The notes below the pieces were generated by a model, which was given only the letters and a program-made list of their open reading frames with translations, searched no databases and was not told where the DNA came from. Positions 41,255 to 49,760 of a stretch of 58,957 nucleotides of DNA are shown here, one piece after another. Both the position numbers and the translations under genes were made by a program. This DNA comes from Candidatus Uhrbacteria bacterium CG10_big_fil_rev_8_21_14_0_10_48_16 (lineage in GTDB: Bacteria > Patescibacteriota > Patescibacteriia > UBA9934 > GWF2-40-263), in assembly GCA_002793515.1 (NCBI GenBank), contig PFEU01000015.1, forward strand, positions 1 to 58,957, in the 5' to 3' direction. Within the stretch, counting starts at the first letter, position 1; each line of letters starts with the position of its first letter.

Positions 41255-42028
41255 TTAAACGCGACCTTCTTCACGTAACAAAAATTCTCTTGCGAGACGT
41301 TCATAGGCTTTTGCGGCTTTTGATGCCGCATCATATCCGAGAATCGTCTTTCCAAATGATGGAGCTTCCGCCAAACGAATGGAACGTGGAATCACACTAC
41401 GAAAAATTTTATCTGGAAAATAACGATACAGTTCCTCTAACACCTCTTTTGAAAGACGTGTGCGACCGTCGTACATCGTGATCACGGCTCCCATCACCTC
41501 CAAACTAGGTTTAATATTCTCCCGTACGAGATTCACCGTATTGAGAAGCTGGGTGAGACCTTCGAGAGCATAATATTCCGCTTGAACAGGGATGAGCACA
41601 GAGTCCGCTGCCACAAGGCCATTGAGTGTAAGCATGCCAAGTGACGGAGGATTATCGATAAAAATATAATCGTAATCATTTCGTACTTCCAACAGAGCTT
41701 TACGCAAAAAATGCTCACGCTCTTCTGCGTTCACGAGTTCAACACTTGCTCCGGCTAACGCTTGCGTGGCAGGAAGAATACTGAGCCCCTCATGCTCTGT
41801 GGTGTGAATCAAATTTCGAACCGCGTGTGATCCAACAATCCCCTCATACACCCCTGCGGAGAGCGTTTTGTGATCAATCCCCACACCAGAAGTGGCATTC
41901 GCCTGTGGATCCAGATCTACCAATAATACGAACTTTCCTGCTTGCGCTAAAAACGCTGCCAAATTTAATGTTGTTGTTGTCTTCCCAACACCCCCTTTTT
42001 GATTCACGACCGAAATAATATGTGCCAT
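41255..42028 (-). CDS. parA: Chromosome partitioning ATPase ParA/Soj
   Basis: NQKGGVGKTTT, DLDPQANAT, IPVQAEYYALEG and LAEAPSFG. Confidence 0.96.
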   Translation of the reverse strand: MAHIISVVNQKGGVGKTTTTLNLAAFLAQAGKFVLLVDLDPQANATSGVGIDHKTLSAGVYEGIVGSHAVRNLIHTTEHEGLSILPATQALAGASVELVNAEEREHFLRKALLEVRNDYDYIFIDNPPSLGMLTLNGLVAADSVLIPVQAEYYALEGLTQLLNTVNLVRENIKPSLEVMGAVITMYDGRTRLSKEVLEELYRYFPDKIFRSVIPRSIRLAEAPSFGKTILGYDAASKAAKAYERLAREFLLREEGRV

Positions 42029-42103
42029 AGGAATACCGACAGTATACCCAAAAGATGGACCAATTAAAAGAACCTCGTTTCCGAGGTTCTTAGAACGAGA
42101 GGA

Positions 42104-42775
42104 TTATACGGTGACAGAAGAAGCGGTTAGAATTCGAGCTGTCCCACTCTTCATGGGAGAAAGGTGTCGATACAGTCCCATGTAGGCAATCATAGCGACA
42201 GGAACAGAAACAAGAATTCCGATAAAGAAGACGAGATACCCTAACATCACGATTGTTCCGAACACCTGTTGGAATCCATAAATATCCCACTTGATTCCAT
42301 CTGTCATCTGCGCACTTGCTCGAAGCGCCTCCATGGGTTTCATCCCCTGATCAACAACCAGCATAGGAGCAAGAATGTACTTCAGGGACCAAATGATTCC
42401 CGGAATGATAAAAAGGATTAGTCCAATCATCACGATAAGACCATACAAAACAGTGACGAGAAGATATGGTAGAGCACGTTTGGTTTCTGAAAAAAGCACT
42501 TTGATAGAAACCTCTTTCCCGTCAACGGCGTTGAGAAACAGTCTCACAAACCCTGCCCCAATCACGCTTCCCATCGCAATATAAGAAAGGAATGCAAGGA
42601 GGGCAAAAATTTCTTCTTGTTCAATGGCCCCTCCAATGATCAAAATAATCCCGGCAGGAATGATGACAGCAAGCCCCCCAACAAATGTGGCGACAATATA
42701 GGTCCCTACATGTTCTTTTGCTTTTGCCCATCCCATGCGTGCAAGAGCACTATCACTAAACATTTTTTCTGACAT
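42104..42775 (-). CDS. Integral membrane protein (DUF975-like)
   Basis: Multiple TMs; GLILFIIPGII...ALRASAQMTDG.KW motif. Confidence 0.75.
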   Translation of the reverse strand: MSEKMFSDSALARMGWAKAKEHVGTYIVATFVGGLAVIIPAGIILIIGGAIEQEEIFALLAFLSYIAMGSVIGAGFVRLFLNAVDGKEVSIKVLFSETKRALPYLLVTVLYGLIVMIGLILFIIPGIIWSLKYILAPMLVVDQGMKPMEALRASAQMTDGIKWDIYGFQQVFGTIVMLGYLVFFIGILVSVPVAMIAYMGLYRHLSPMKSGTARILTASSVTV

Positions 42776-42851
42776 AAAATAATCCACGTTAATAGTATGC
42801 TTCTAGTATGATTGATAGGACTCTCCCTTGTCTAGTGGAAGCATTGCTATC

Positions 42852-43095
42852 CACACAAAAACACCCCAGCGTTGCTGGAGTGTTTTTGGTGCCGCGGGCG
42901 GGAATATTGAATTTGAGGCAAATCCAATATTGCACTCGTTCGCTCGGTACAAAATAGAAGTCGACAAAAAATGACTTCTATTTTGTACACTCACTCTCTC
43001 CTGCATCGAACCCGGGTGCGCGTTCTCATCCCGCACCACGGCACACAAAAACACTCCAGCATTGCTGGAGTGTTTTTGGTGCCGCGGGCGGGAAT
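42852..43095. repeat. 54-bp direct repeat (42852-42905 and 43042-43095) of the tRNA-Leu 3' end plus downstream hairpin
   Basis: The two copies are 190 bp apart and differ at 2 positions. Confidence 0.85.
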
Positions 43096-43163
43096 CGAAC
43101 CCGCACATGGTTGCCCATACAGGATTTTGAGTCCTGCGCGTCTACCGGTTCCGCCACCGCGGC
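43077..43163 (-). tRNA. tRNA-Leu(CAA)
   Basis: GCCGCGG...CAGGA-CTCAAAA-TCCTG, long variable arm, GGTTCGATTCC and CCA end; 87 nt. Confidence 0.95.
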
Positions 43164-43204
43164 ATGGAGCGAATCTTCAGACAAGCCGTCTTTAAAAAAG
43201 ATGA

Positions 43205-43285
43205 GATACGCTGTGCTGGAAGGCGGAAAGCTCGTGAAATGTAGGTAATCCTACATTGAACGAGTTTCCGACTGAAGCACAAGTA
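43205..43285. repeat. Palindromic ~81-bp element, copy 1, nested in an outer 19-bp IR (43182-43200/43291-43309)
   Basis: Homologous to 43411-43492 in inverted orientation. Confidence 0.8.
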
Positions 43286-43307
43286 GATCGCTTTTTTAAA
43301 GACGGCT

Positions 43308-43384
43308 TGGTAGCTGGAGGGGGATTCGAACCCCCGACCTCGGGCTTATGAGTCCCACGCTCTAACCAACTGAGCTATCCAGCT
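43308..43384 (-). tRNA. tRNA with CAT anticodon (elongator Met or Ile2)
   Basis: AGCTGGA...TGGGA-CTCATAA-GCCCG...GGTTCGAATCC...TCCAGCT-A-CCA; 77 nt. Confidence 0.9.
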
Positions 43385-43410
43385 ATGTAAAACGCCCAGG
43401 ATTGGCCAGC

Positions 43411-43492
43411 TACTTGCTCTTCAGTCGGAAACTCACTCGATGTAGAATTTACCTACATCTCCTGAGCTTTCCTCCTTCCAGAGCGGCATATC
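43411..43492. repeat. Palindromic ~82-bp element, copy 2, nested in an imperfect outer IR (43386-43516)
   Basis: Inverted homologue of 43205-43285 with compensatory stem changes. Confidence 0.8.
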
Positions 43493-43617
43493 TGACACAA
43501 TCCTGAACGCTTTACATTCGAATACAAATCTTTGAGGCACGGCAAATATAGCGAATATAAGTTATTTTGACAAGGGTGGAAAAACAAAAAACACTCCGCG
43601 AAAAAGCGAAGTGTTTT

Positions 43618-43694
43618 TGGTTGCGGGGATCGGATTTGAACCGATGACCTCTTGGTTATGAGCCAAGCGAGCTGCCAGGCTGCTCTACCCCGCA
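43618..43694 (-). tRNA. Initiator-type tRNA-Met(CAT)
   Basis: TGCGGGGTAGAGCAGCCTGGCAGCTCG, with an A11-U24 pair, CTCATAA loop, TTCAAAT T-loop and CCA end. Confidence 0.9.
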
Positions 43695-43795
43695 GGCCAG
43701 TTATATACGATTCTTGCGAGCTCGTCAAGAAATCGAGACAAATGACACGGGATCGATTTTCATTTTCTCTGAAAAATGCTATCCTTGTCTGAGTT

Positions 43796-44260
43796 ATGAC
43801 CCTTACGACTCATGCGACTCTAGGAGCTGTTATTGGCCACGCCACCGGGAATCCTGTTCTCGCTTTTATTTTTGGCTTTATCTCTCATTTCCTGATTGAC
43901 ATGGTTCCACATGGAGACACAGGATTAGCCGATAACTACAAAATCCACAAACGTCGACGAAAGCAGGCTCTTGCCTACGTGACGCTCGATGCGGTCTTTG
44001 CCCTCTTCTTCGTCCTCATGCTCGCAAATACCCGAGACATTGAATCGATGCGCGCCTACTCATGGGGAATCGTTGGAGGAGTGTTGCCCGATCTTCTTGT
44101 GGGTATTTACGAGATCACCAAAACACGACTCCTCCGTTGGTTCAACACCCTTCACTTCGCCTTTCACGACTACTTCGTGAAGCGCAAAGGAGATGTCCCG
44201 CTCTACTACGCCATCATGGCCCAAGTCGTCTTAATCGCCTATTTACAAACAAAACTCTAA
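43796..44260 (+). CDS. Membrane protein, putative metal-dependent hydrolase (YdjM-like)
   Basis: MTLTTHA, SHFLIDMVPH, LPD and HFAFH His-rich motifs set among TMs. Confidence 0.7.
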   Translation: MTLTTHATLGAVIGHATGNPVLAFIFGFISHFLIDMVPHGDTGLADNYKIHKRRRKQALAYVTLDAVFALFFVLMLANTRDIESMRAYSWGIVGGVLPDLLVGIYEITKTRLLRWFNTLHFAFHDYFVKRKGDVPLYYAIMAQVVLIAYLQTKL

Positions 44261-44269
44261 AACGAGGCC

Positions 44270-45451
44270 TCATGCCTCGTTTTTTGTTTGACCAACGTTT
44301 TTCAAAACCTTCAGCGTTTCTTTTGCGGTGCGAGTCCAACTGAACTCTGTTGCGCGCTCGAGACCAAGTTCGCGAATCTCTCGCACCCCCTCTGGTACAA
44401 GAAGACACTGAATCAAGGCAAACGACATGGCCTCGATATCTTCAGGGTCAACATACACAGCAGCATCGCCCCCCACTTCTGGCAGAGCTCCTCGGTTCGA
44501 AGCGATCACGGGAGTTCCGACGGCCATTGCCTCAAGGAGCGGTAACCCGAATCCTTCGTCTAATGACGGATAGAGCAAGCATGAGGCGCGAGCAATCAGA
44601 TGCCACTTCTCCTCTTCGGTCACAGGCCCTAAAAACTGAATGACGCCGTTTGGCTCAACCTCTTTCCATGCGTGATTGATCTCAATAAGCTCTTGTTCGA
44701 TTTCTTTTGTGTGCCACCCTTTCTTTCCAGCCACAATAAATCTCACCTGCGTGGCTTGTTCAGGTCGACTTTTTAGAAACGCATGAAACGCACGAAAGGC
44801 GTTGAGCAAATTCTTCCTTGGCTCAATGGTCCCAAGAAACAACACGAAGTCTCGATCAAACGGAAATCGCACATTCGAATCGTCTGCATCTTTAAGCGCG
44901 TCATACGCCTCTTGAAGATCCACCCCTTCATAAATCACCTGTGTCTTCCCAATGGTTGAGGGGATCAGAGCATGGAGTTTCTGTTCCGTCGCACAAGACA
45001 CAGCAATGACTTGTGTCGCACGTTCAAGACTCTTAGGAACGATCACGCGTGTAGCAAAATTCTGATGTTCTGGAAACCATTCCGGATGATCATAGATCGC
45101 CATGTCATGAACGGTCACAACACTTTTTCCAAACCATCCAAGAGGGATTTGTCCAAAAGGAGAAAAAAGGACATCTGGGCGTCGCAGAAAAAAACGAAGG
45201 GGCAATAACACATGACGAGAAAGAAACGAAAGCTTCGGTCCGAATGATGGAAGAAGAGTGACATGAGGACCCATCTGTTCAAGTTCCTCACGTCGAATGC
45301 GAGAAAGGGATGGTGGGGTCGCCACAAAAAACTCATGAGAAGATGCTGATCGCAATAGTTCTGTCGTAATCGACCAACTATAATGCTCAATTCCGGCTCC
45401 TCGAGACCCATCTGGCGCACAGAGGGTTGTTCCATCAATCACGATTCTCAT
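44270..45451 (-). CDS. Glycosyltransferase family 4 (group 1)
   Basis: VVTVHDM, FLGTIEPRKN and PSLDEGFGLPLLEAMAVGTPVIAS. Confidence 0.93.
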   Translation of the reverse strand: MRIVIDGTTLCAPDGSRGAGIEHYSWSITTELLRSASSHEFFVATPPSLSRIRREELEQMGPHVTLLPSFGPKLSFLSRHVLLPLRFFLRRPDVLFSPFGQIPLGWFGKSVVTVHDMAIYDHPEWFPEHQNFATRVIVPKSLERATQVIAVSCATEQKLHALIPSTIGKTQVIYEGVDLQEAYDALKDADDSNVRFPFDRDFVLFLGTIEPRKNLLNAFRAFHAFLKSRPEQATQVRFIVAGKKGWHTKEIEQELIEINHAWKEVEPNGVIQFLGPVTEEEKWHLIARASCLLYPSLDEGFGLPLLEAMAVGTPVIASNRGALPEVGGDAAVYVDPEDIEAMSFALIQCLLVPEGVREIRELGLERATEFSWTRTAKETLKVLKNVGQTKNEA

Positions 45452-45960
45452 AGAAGTTGTATTCCTTGAAAAACACCTTGTGTTATTCCTAATACGAGGA
45501 GACCTGCGACGAGAAGACCCAGGACGATATAGGGGATCGCAATAGTCCGTTTAATCTTAAACAAAACGGCTAACACAGAACCCGTCCACACCCCTGTTCC
45601 TGGAAGTGGAATCGCGACAAATAAAAACAGGAAAAATGCTCCCCATTTCGAATATCGATCCCCGTATCTTTTTTGAAGTTTCTCAAAGTGATGCTCAATG
45701 CGGGAATTGATCTTAGGAAAATACCGAAGCACAAATGACATCGTCGGAGGAAGAAAAATATACACAAGGAGAATCGGCACGAGGTTCCCTAACACCGTAC
45801 TGACATATGCCGTGACAGGATCAAGCTTGAACACAAGGAGCGCAATGGGAAGAGCGGCTCGTAATTCTGTCACGGGTAAGCTCGCCAAAAGAGCCGAGGC
45901 GAGCTCCGGAGAAATCTGTGCGACCATGCTCACAATGGCATCAATCATAGGGTCTGCCAT
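45448..45960 (-). CDS. Small multidrug export-like membrane protein (COG2426 type)
   Basis: LPVTELRAALP and FVAIPLPGTGVWTG. Confidence 0.85.
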   Translation of the reverse strand: MADPMIDAIVSMVAQISPELASALLASLPVTELRAALPIALLVFKLDPVTAYVSTVLGNLVPILLVYIFLPPTMSFVLRYFPKINSRIEHHFEKLQKRYGDRYSKWGAFFLFLFVAIPLPGTGVWTGSVLAVLFKIKRTIAIPYIVLGLLVAGLLVLGITQGVFQGIQLL

Positions 45961-46922
45961 CCAAATGTTTTATACGCCCACACGGCTAATGCCTTCACGT
46001 CTTGAAATCGTCCTTGTTTTGTTTCTGAACCTAAAACGACCACGATAATATCCCCAGCTCCTTCATGCGAAAAAATCGTTCCTAAACAATACCCAGCTTC
46101 CGGAAGGAATCCTGTTTTTCCGCCAAGAATGTTGTACGGCGCCTGATCCACAAATGAACCAAGAAGCTCATCAGTACTTTCAATCACATACGTACGTCCT
46201 GAGGAACCTGTAATCGTCACCGATGAGAGTTCTGTGATCTCTCGGATGGTATCGTTTTCAAGGATCTTGTCGAACATGATCGCTAAGTCTGTCACCACAG
46301 AAATGTTCTTGGAAGAAAGGCCTGTTGTGTCATCAAAAGTTGTCGCTTTCATCCCAAATTCCGCTGACACCTCGTTCATGCGCGCCACGAAATCTCCCAA
46401 TGGCATTCCCGATAAACGTGCCAATGCAGCCGTGGAGCTATTGTCACTCCCAACAAGACTCGCTTTCAGCAGATCACGAATACTCACGGTCTCTCCAATA
46501 GACAAATGAAAGGCAGCTCCATACCGAATGTCTTCGGACATGAGGGTGGATGGAGCATCCAGGTCTGGACCTGTCTGCAAAAAGACGTACGCCGTCATCA
46601 ATTTTGTGATCGACCCGATCGAACGTGGTTCACTGATATTTTTTTCAAAGAGGACCTCATGCGAATTTCGATCAACGACAATCGCACTCTGTGCGCTCGT
46701 CACAACCCCCATACTTGTTGACACAAGCTTTACCGGAGCGATCTGACGATTCGGTGCTTCTGGGAGACGGTGCGTAATCACTTCATAGGCTTCAAACAAA
46801 TCAAACGGCCGTGAAGAGGCTTCTGGAAGGAGGGCCCGAGCCTCAAGTTCTCCCGCGTCTGCTGGGAAAAACTGCAACAACGTACTCGCCAAAACAAGAT
46901 GGGTGAAAAGTTTTATGATCAT
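45945..46922 (-). CDS. D-alanyl-D-alanine carboxypeptidase/endopeptidase (peptidase S11)
   Basis: SxxK (SITK), SxN (SDN) and KTG motifs. Confidence 0.9.
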   Translation of the reverse strand: MIIKLFTHLVLASTLLQFFPADAGELEARALLPEASSRPFDLFEAYEVITHRLPEAPNRQIAPVKLVSTSMGVVTSAQSAIVVDRNSHEVLFEKNISEPRSIGSITKLMTAYVFLQTGPDLDAPSTLMSEDIRYGAAFHLSIGETVSIRDLLKASLVGSDNSSTAALARLSGMPLGDFVARMNEVSAEFGMKATTFDDTTGLSSKNISVVTDLAIMFDKILENDTIREITELSSVTITGSSGRTYVIESTDELLGSFVDQAPYNILGGKTGFLPEAGYCLGTIFSHEGAGDIIVVVLGSETKQGRFQDVKALAVWAYKTFGWQTL

Positions 46923-47467
46923 ACCTCCTCTTCAGGTTCTCGATTCAAGAGTTCTGCCACTTTTTCATTTGTGTGAAACGCCTCATACTCCGGAAGATCC
47001 TCAAGACGATTTGTCCCAATGGCCTGCAGAAACTCATGGCTGACATGATACACCGGCTGAAGGCGTTCCTTGTCTTGCTCCTCAAGAATATATCCTCGAA
47101 TTAACAGATTGCGGAGAATCAGGGAACAGTTCACCCCTCGGATAAGTTCAATCTCTGGTTTTGTGATTGGACCTCGGTAGGCAATGATCGTCAGCGTCTC
47201 AAGTGACGGTCGTGTGAGAGGGCCTGAGGCTTCTTTCTTTAAAAACTTCGCCACAACCTCTCCTGAGGTGGCATTTGAAACGAGTTGGACAGAACCATTC
47301 TGCTCCATGAGATGAACCCCAGATGTCTCAACATTAAATCGCAAAGCAATATCATCGATCGCTTCACGCACAACTTCCTCTGAAAGATCAAGATGCTTTC
47401 TCAAATCGATCAATTTAATTGGTTTCGCCGTAGCAAAGAGCACAGCTTCAATGGTGGTTGTAACCAT
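46919..47467 (-). CDS. scpB: SMC-Scp complex subunit ScpB
   Basis: IEAVLFA and LETLTIIAYRGPITKPEIELIRGVN. Confidence 0.95.
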   Translation of the reverse strand: MVTTTIEAVLFATAKPIKLIDLRKHLDLSEEVVREAIDDIALRFNVETSGVHLMEQNGSVQLVSNATSGEVVAKFLKKEASGPLTRPSLETLTIIAYRGPITKPEIELIRGVNCSLILRNLLIRGYILEEQDKERLQPVYHVSHEFLQAIGTNRLEDLPEYEAFHTNEKVAELLNREPEEEV

Positions 47468-47469
47468 AA

Positions 47470-48168
47470 TTAATCTACGCGTTTTATTTCAATTTCATCA
47501 AACACCCCAGACTGCATGACAGACACGGCTCGTTGCTTCACAAGCTCCAGAAGAGCGAGGAAACTCACCACGACATCCACTTTTGATTTTCCTCCACTGG
47601 CAATCTGACGAAAGGTCATTTTTGTCCGAGAGAGAATCGCATCGTGAATTTCGCGCAATCGTTCTTTCACAGATACCACCCGTTCCATCGCGGCGGTTTG
47701 AAGTTTAAAAAATGGTTCAAGTCGTTTCAAGAGTCCTGTAAACGCCTGCGCGAGATCAGTTGGGATCACGTTCGTCACAACCTCTCCCTTCTCCATTTTC
47801 ACAACATCCGCCTGGACGCGTTCAAATGACTGATTGAGATGATCAAACCGTTCCTCAATGAGTTTCGATGCGTCGACAAATTCTTTATACAAACGGAGTT
47901 GGAGCGCGAGAGTTGATGGATCCTCTTGTTCCATTTCAACCTTCACCGGAAGAATCGCTTGCGACTTAATAAGAAGCAACTTCGTTGCGACAACCAAAAA
48001 ATCTGCGAGTTCCGCCAAAGGAACCTCATGCGTGTCCATGTAATGCAGGTACCCTTCGGTCACACTCGCAAGGGAAACTTCCGTAATCGGAAGTTCTTCC
48101 TCTTGAATAAGCTCAAGAAGCACATGAAGCGGTCCATCAAATTGTTCCGATCGAACTTCAAAAGCCAT
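47470..48168 (-). CDS. scpA: Segregation and condensation protein ScpA
   Basis: FDGPLHVLLELI, LLIKSQAILP and VVSFLALLELVK. Confidence 0.95.
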   Translation of the reverse strand: MAFEVRSEQFDGPLHVLLELIQEEELPITEVSLASVTEGYLHYMDTHEVPLAELADFLVVATKLLLIKSQAILPVKVEMEQEDPSTLALQLRLYKEFVDASKLIEERFDHLNQSFERVQADVVKMEKGEVVTNVIPTDLAQAFTGLLKRLEPFFKLQTAAMERVVSVKERLREIHDAILSRTKMTFRQIASGGKSKVDVVVSFLALLELVKQRAVSVMQSGVFDEIEIKRVD

Positions 48169-48255
48169 AACTAGCCCTTATTATATAGGAAATCGAGCAG
48201 TTCGCAAAGAAAAACAACGCCTCAGAAAGGCGTTGTTTACTTCAAAAATGATGTT

Positions 48256-49569
48256 TTATGGTCTTAATCGCTGAACATCTCGAGGAAATATCGTTGCCTC
48301 TTTAATATTCGCAAGCCCAAGCACGTTTTGTGTCAGACGCTGAAGTCCCATCCCCCATCCTCCTTCTGGCGGAATGCCGTACTTATGCATCATGAGATAG
48401 TCCTCAAACTCCTCTGGTTTAAGTCCTTTTGCTTTAATGCGTGCGATTTGTTCGTCGTAGCGATTAATACGCATTCCACCGGACACAATCTCTGAACCAA
48501 ATCCAATAAGATCGAAACTCAATGTCAAAGAAGGATCTTCTGGATCGAGTGCCACATAGAATGGACGTTTTGTTTCTGGATAATGCGTGATGAATAGGAA
48601 CCCTGTTCCATGCTCACGTGGAGCCCACACCGTCGACAACCACTTCTCGGCTGAAGGCGACAAATCAGGTTCGCTGGTTTCATCAATCCCCGTTCCTTCT
48701 TTATAGATCTCAAGCGCCTCTTGCAATGTAATGCGAGGAAACCGCTCTCCCAAAGGAGGGAGAGTCACTCCAAGAAGCTCGAGTTCTGGTTGGCACTCCG
48801 CCTCAACCGCTGTGAGCATCGCGCGAGTAGCTGACTCTCCATACGCCATGACGTCTTCCATACTCTCGACGAATCCCACCTCAAATTCCAACTGGTTAAA
48901 CTCGGTCAAATGTCGAGAAGTCGCAAACTTTTCCGCGCGGAACGAATAGGACACTCCATAGACCCCCTCGTAAACACCCATCGTAATCTGTTTGTAGAGC
49001 TGGGCAGACTGCGTCAGGGTTGCCTCACGTCCGTAATATTCCACTCGAAAAAACTCCGCTCCGCCTTCGGATGCTGCACCTGCCAACACAGGAAAGAAAA
49101 TTTCCGTGAAGCCCTGCCCTTCCATAAACTGACGAAAGCCATGCACCAACGCGGCTTGTACACGAAAGATCGCACGCTGTTTTGGATGACGAAGCGTCAC
49201 CACGCGATTATCTAAAAGGGTATCAAGCTGAACATCCACATCATCTTTATTCACCTCAACCGGAACCACATCTTTCACGGGAGAGAGAATCTCGAGCAAG
49301 GTTGCTTGAATTTCAACTTCCTTCGCGTTTGGATCTTTCGATTGCTTCTTCACGACCTCCCCTGTCACCTTCAAGACCGTCTCGACTTGAAGACCTTTCA
49401 GTTGCTCGAGCTGTTCAGCCGTCAACACCACTTGCACGAGACCTGATCGGTCACGCACAATCGCAAATCCAAATTTAGCCATGTCACGAAGGCGATGAAG
49501 CCACCCAGCGACGACCACTGTTTCTCCGAGCTTCTCTGGAAGCTCACGAGCAAGAATTCTATTTTTCAT
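48256..49569 (-). CDS. aspS: Aspartate--tRNA(Asp/Asn) ligase, short archaeal-like (probably non-discriminating)
   Basis: GWLHRLRD OB-fold, SEGGAEFF, QSAQLYKQ, FRAEK...RHLTEF and YGIPPEGGWGMG; no GAD insertion; start at MKNRIL (49569). Confidence 0.88.
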   Translation of the reverse strand: MKNRILARELPEKLGETVVVAGWLHRLRDMAKFGFAIVRDRSGLVQVVLTAEQLEQLKGLQVETVLKVTGEVVKKQSKDPNAKEVEIQATLLEILSPVKDVVPVEVNKDDVDVQLDTLLDNRVVTLRHPKQRAIFRVQAALVHGFRQFMEGQGFTEIFFPVLAGAASEGGAEFFRVEYYGREATLTQSAQLYKQITMGVYEGVYGVSYSFRAEKFATSRHLTEFNQLEFEVGFVESMEDVMAYGESATRAMLTAVEAECQPELELLGVTLPPLGERFPRITLQEALEIYKEGTGIDETSEPDLSPSAEKWLSTVWAPREHGTGFLFITHYPETKRPFYVALDPEDPSLTLSFDLIGFGSEIVSGGMRINRYDEQIARIKAKGLKPEEFEDYLMMHKYGIPPEGGWGMGLQRLTQNVLGLANIKEATIFPRDVQRLRP

Positions 49570-49581
49570 ACGGCACGATTT

Positions 49582-49609
49582 AAAAAGACCAGCATATACG
49601 CTGGTCTTT
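49582..49609 (-). terminator. Attenuator terminator in the aspS leader
   Basis: On the minus strand, AAAGACCAGCGT-AT-ATGCTGGTC-TTTTT, ending ~12 nt before the aspS ATG. Confidence 0.8.
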
Positions 49610-49622
49610 GATTTCATCTATG

Positions 49623-49700
49623 TTAGATAGACAAGATTGACCAGCATCGCTGAGGATCATTATTGTCGTTATTATCCACACGAAGGCTCAACTTTGTCAT
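49623..49700 (-). CDS. Putative aspS leader peptide MTKLSLRVDNNDNNDPQRCWSILSI
   Basis: 25-codon ORF with 7 consecutive Asp/Asn codons (GAT AAT AAC GAC AAT AAT GAT), overlapping an antiterminator-capable segment. Confidence 0.75.
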   Translation of the reverse strand: MTKLSLRVDNNDNNDPQRCWSILSI

Positions 49701-49710
49701 AGGTAAATCT

Positions 49711-49739
49711 ATTGTTTCTCATCCTCAGATGACTGTCAA
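49711..49739 (-). promoter_or_regulatory. Putative promoter for the aspS leader
   Basis: TTGACA(49739-49734)-17 nt-AACAAT, overlapped by the CATCCTCA/TGAGGATG inverted repeat. Confidence 0.45.
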
Positions 49740-49760
49740 ATGAGGATGTGTATTTCTCAC

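Noticed and set aside
49672-49680. Perfect DnaA box TTATCCACA
   Set aside because: It is a single copy and coincides with the GTG-GAT-AAT codons of the leader peptide on the other strand. There is no box cluster or unwinding element suggesting oriC.
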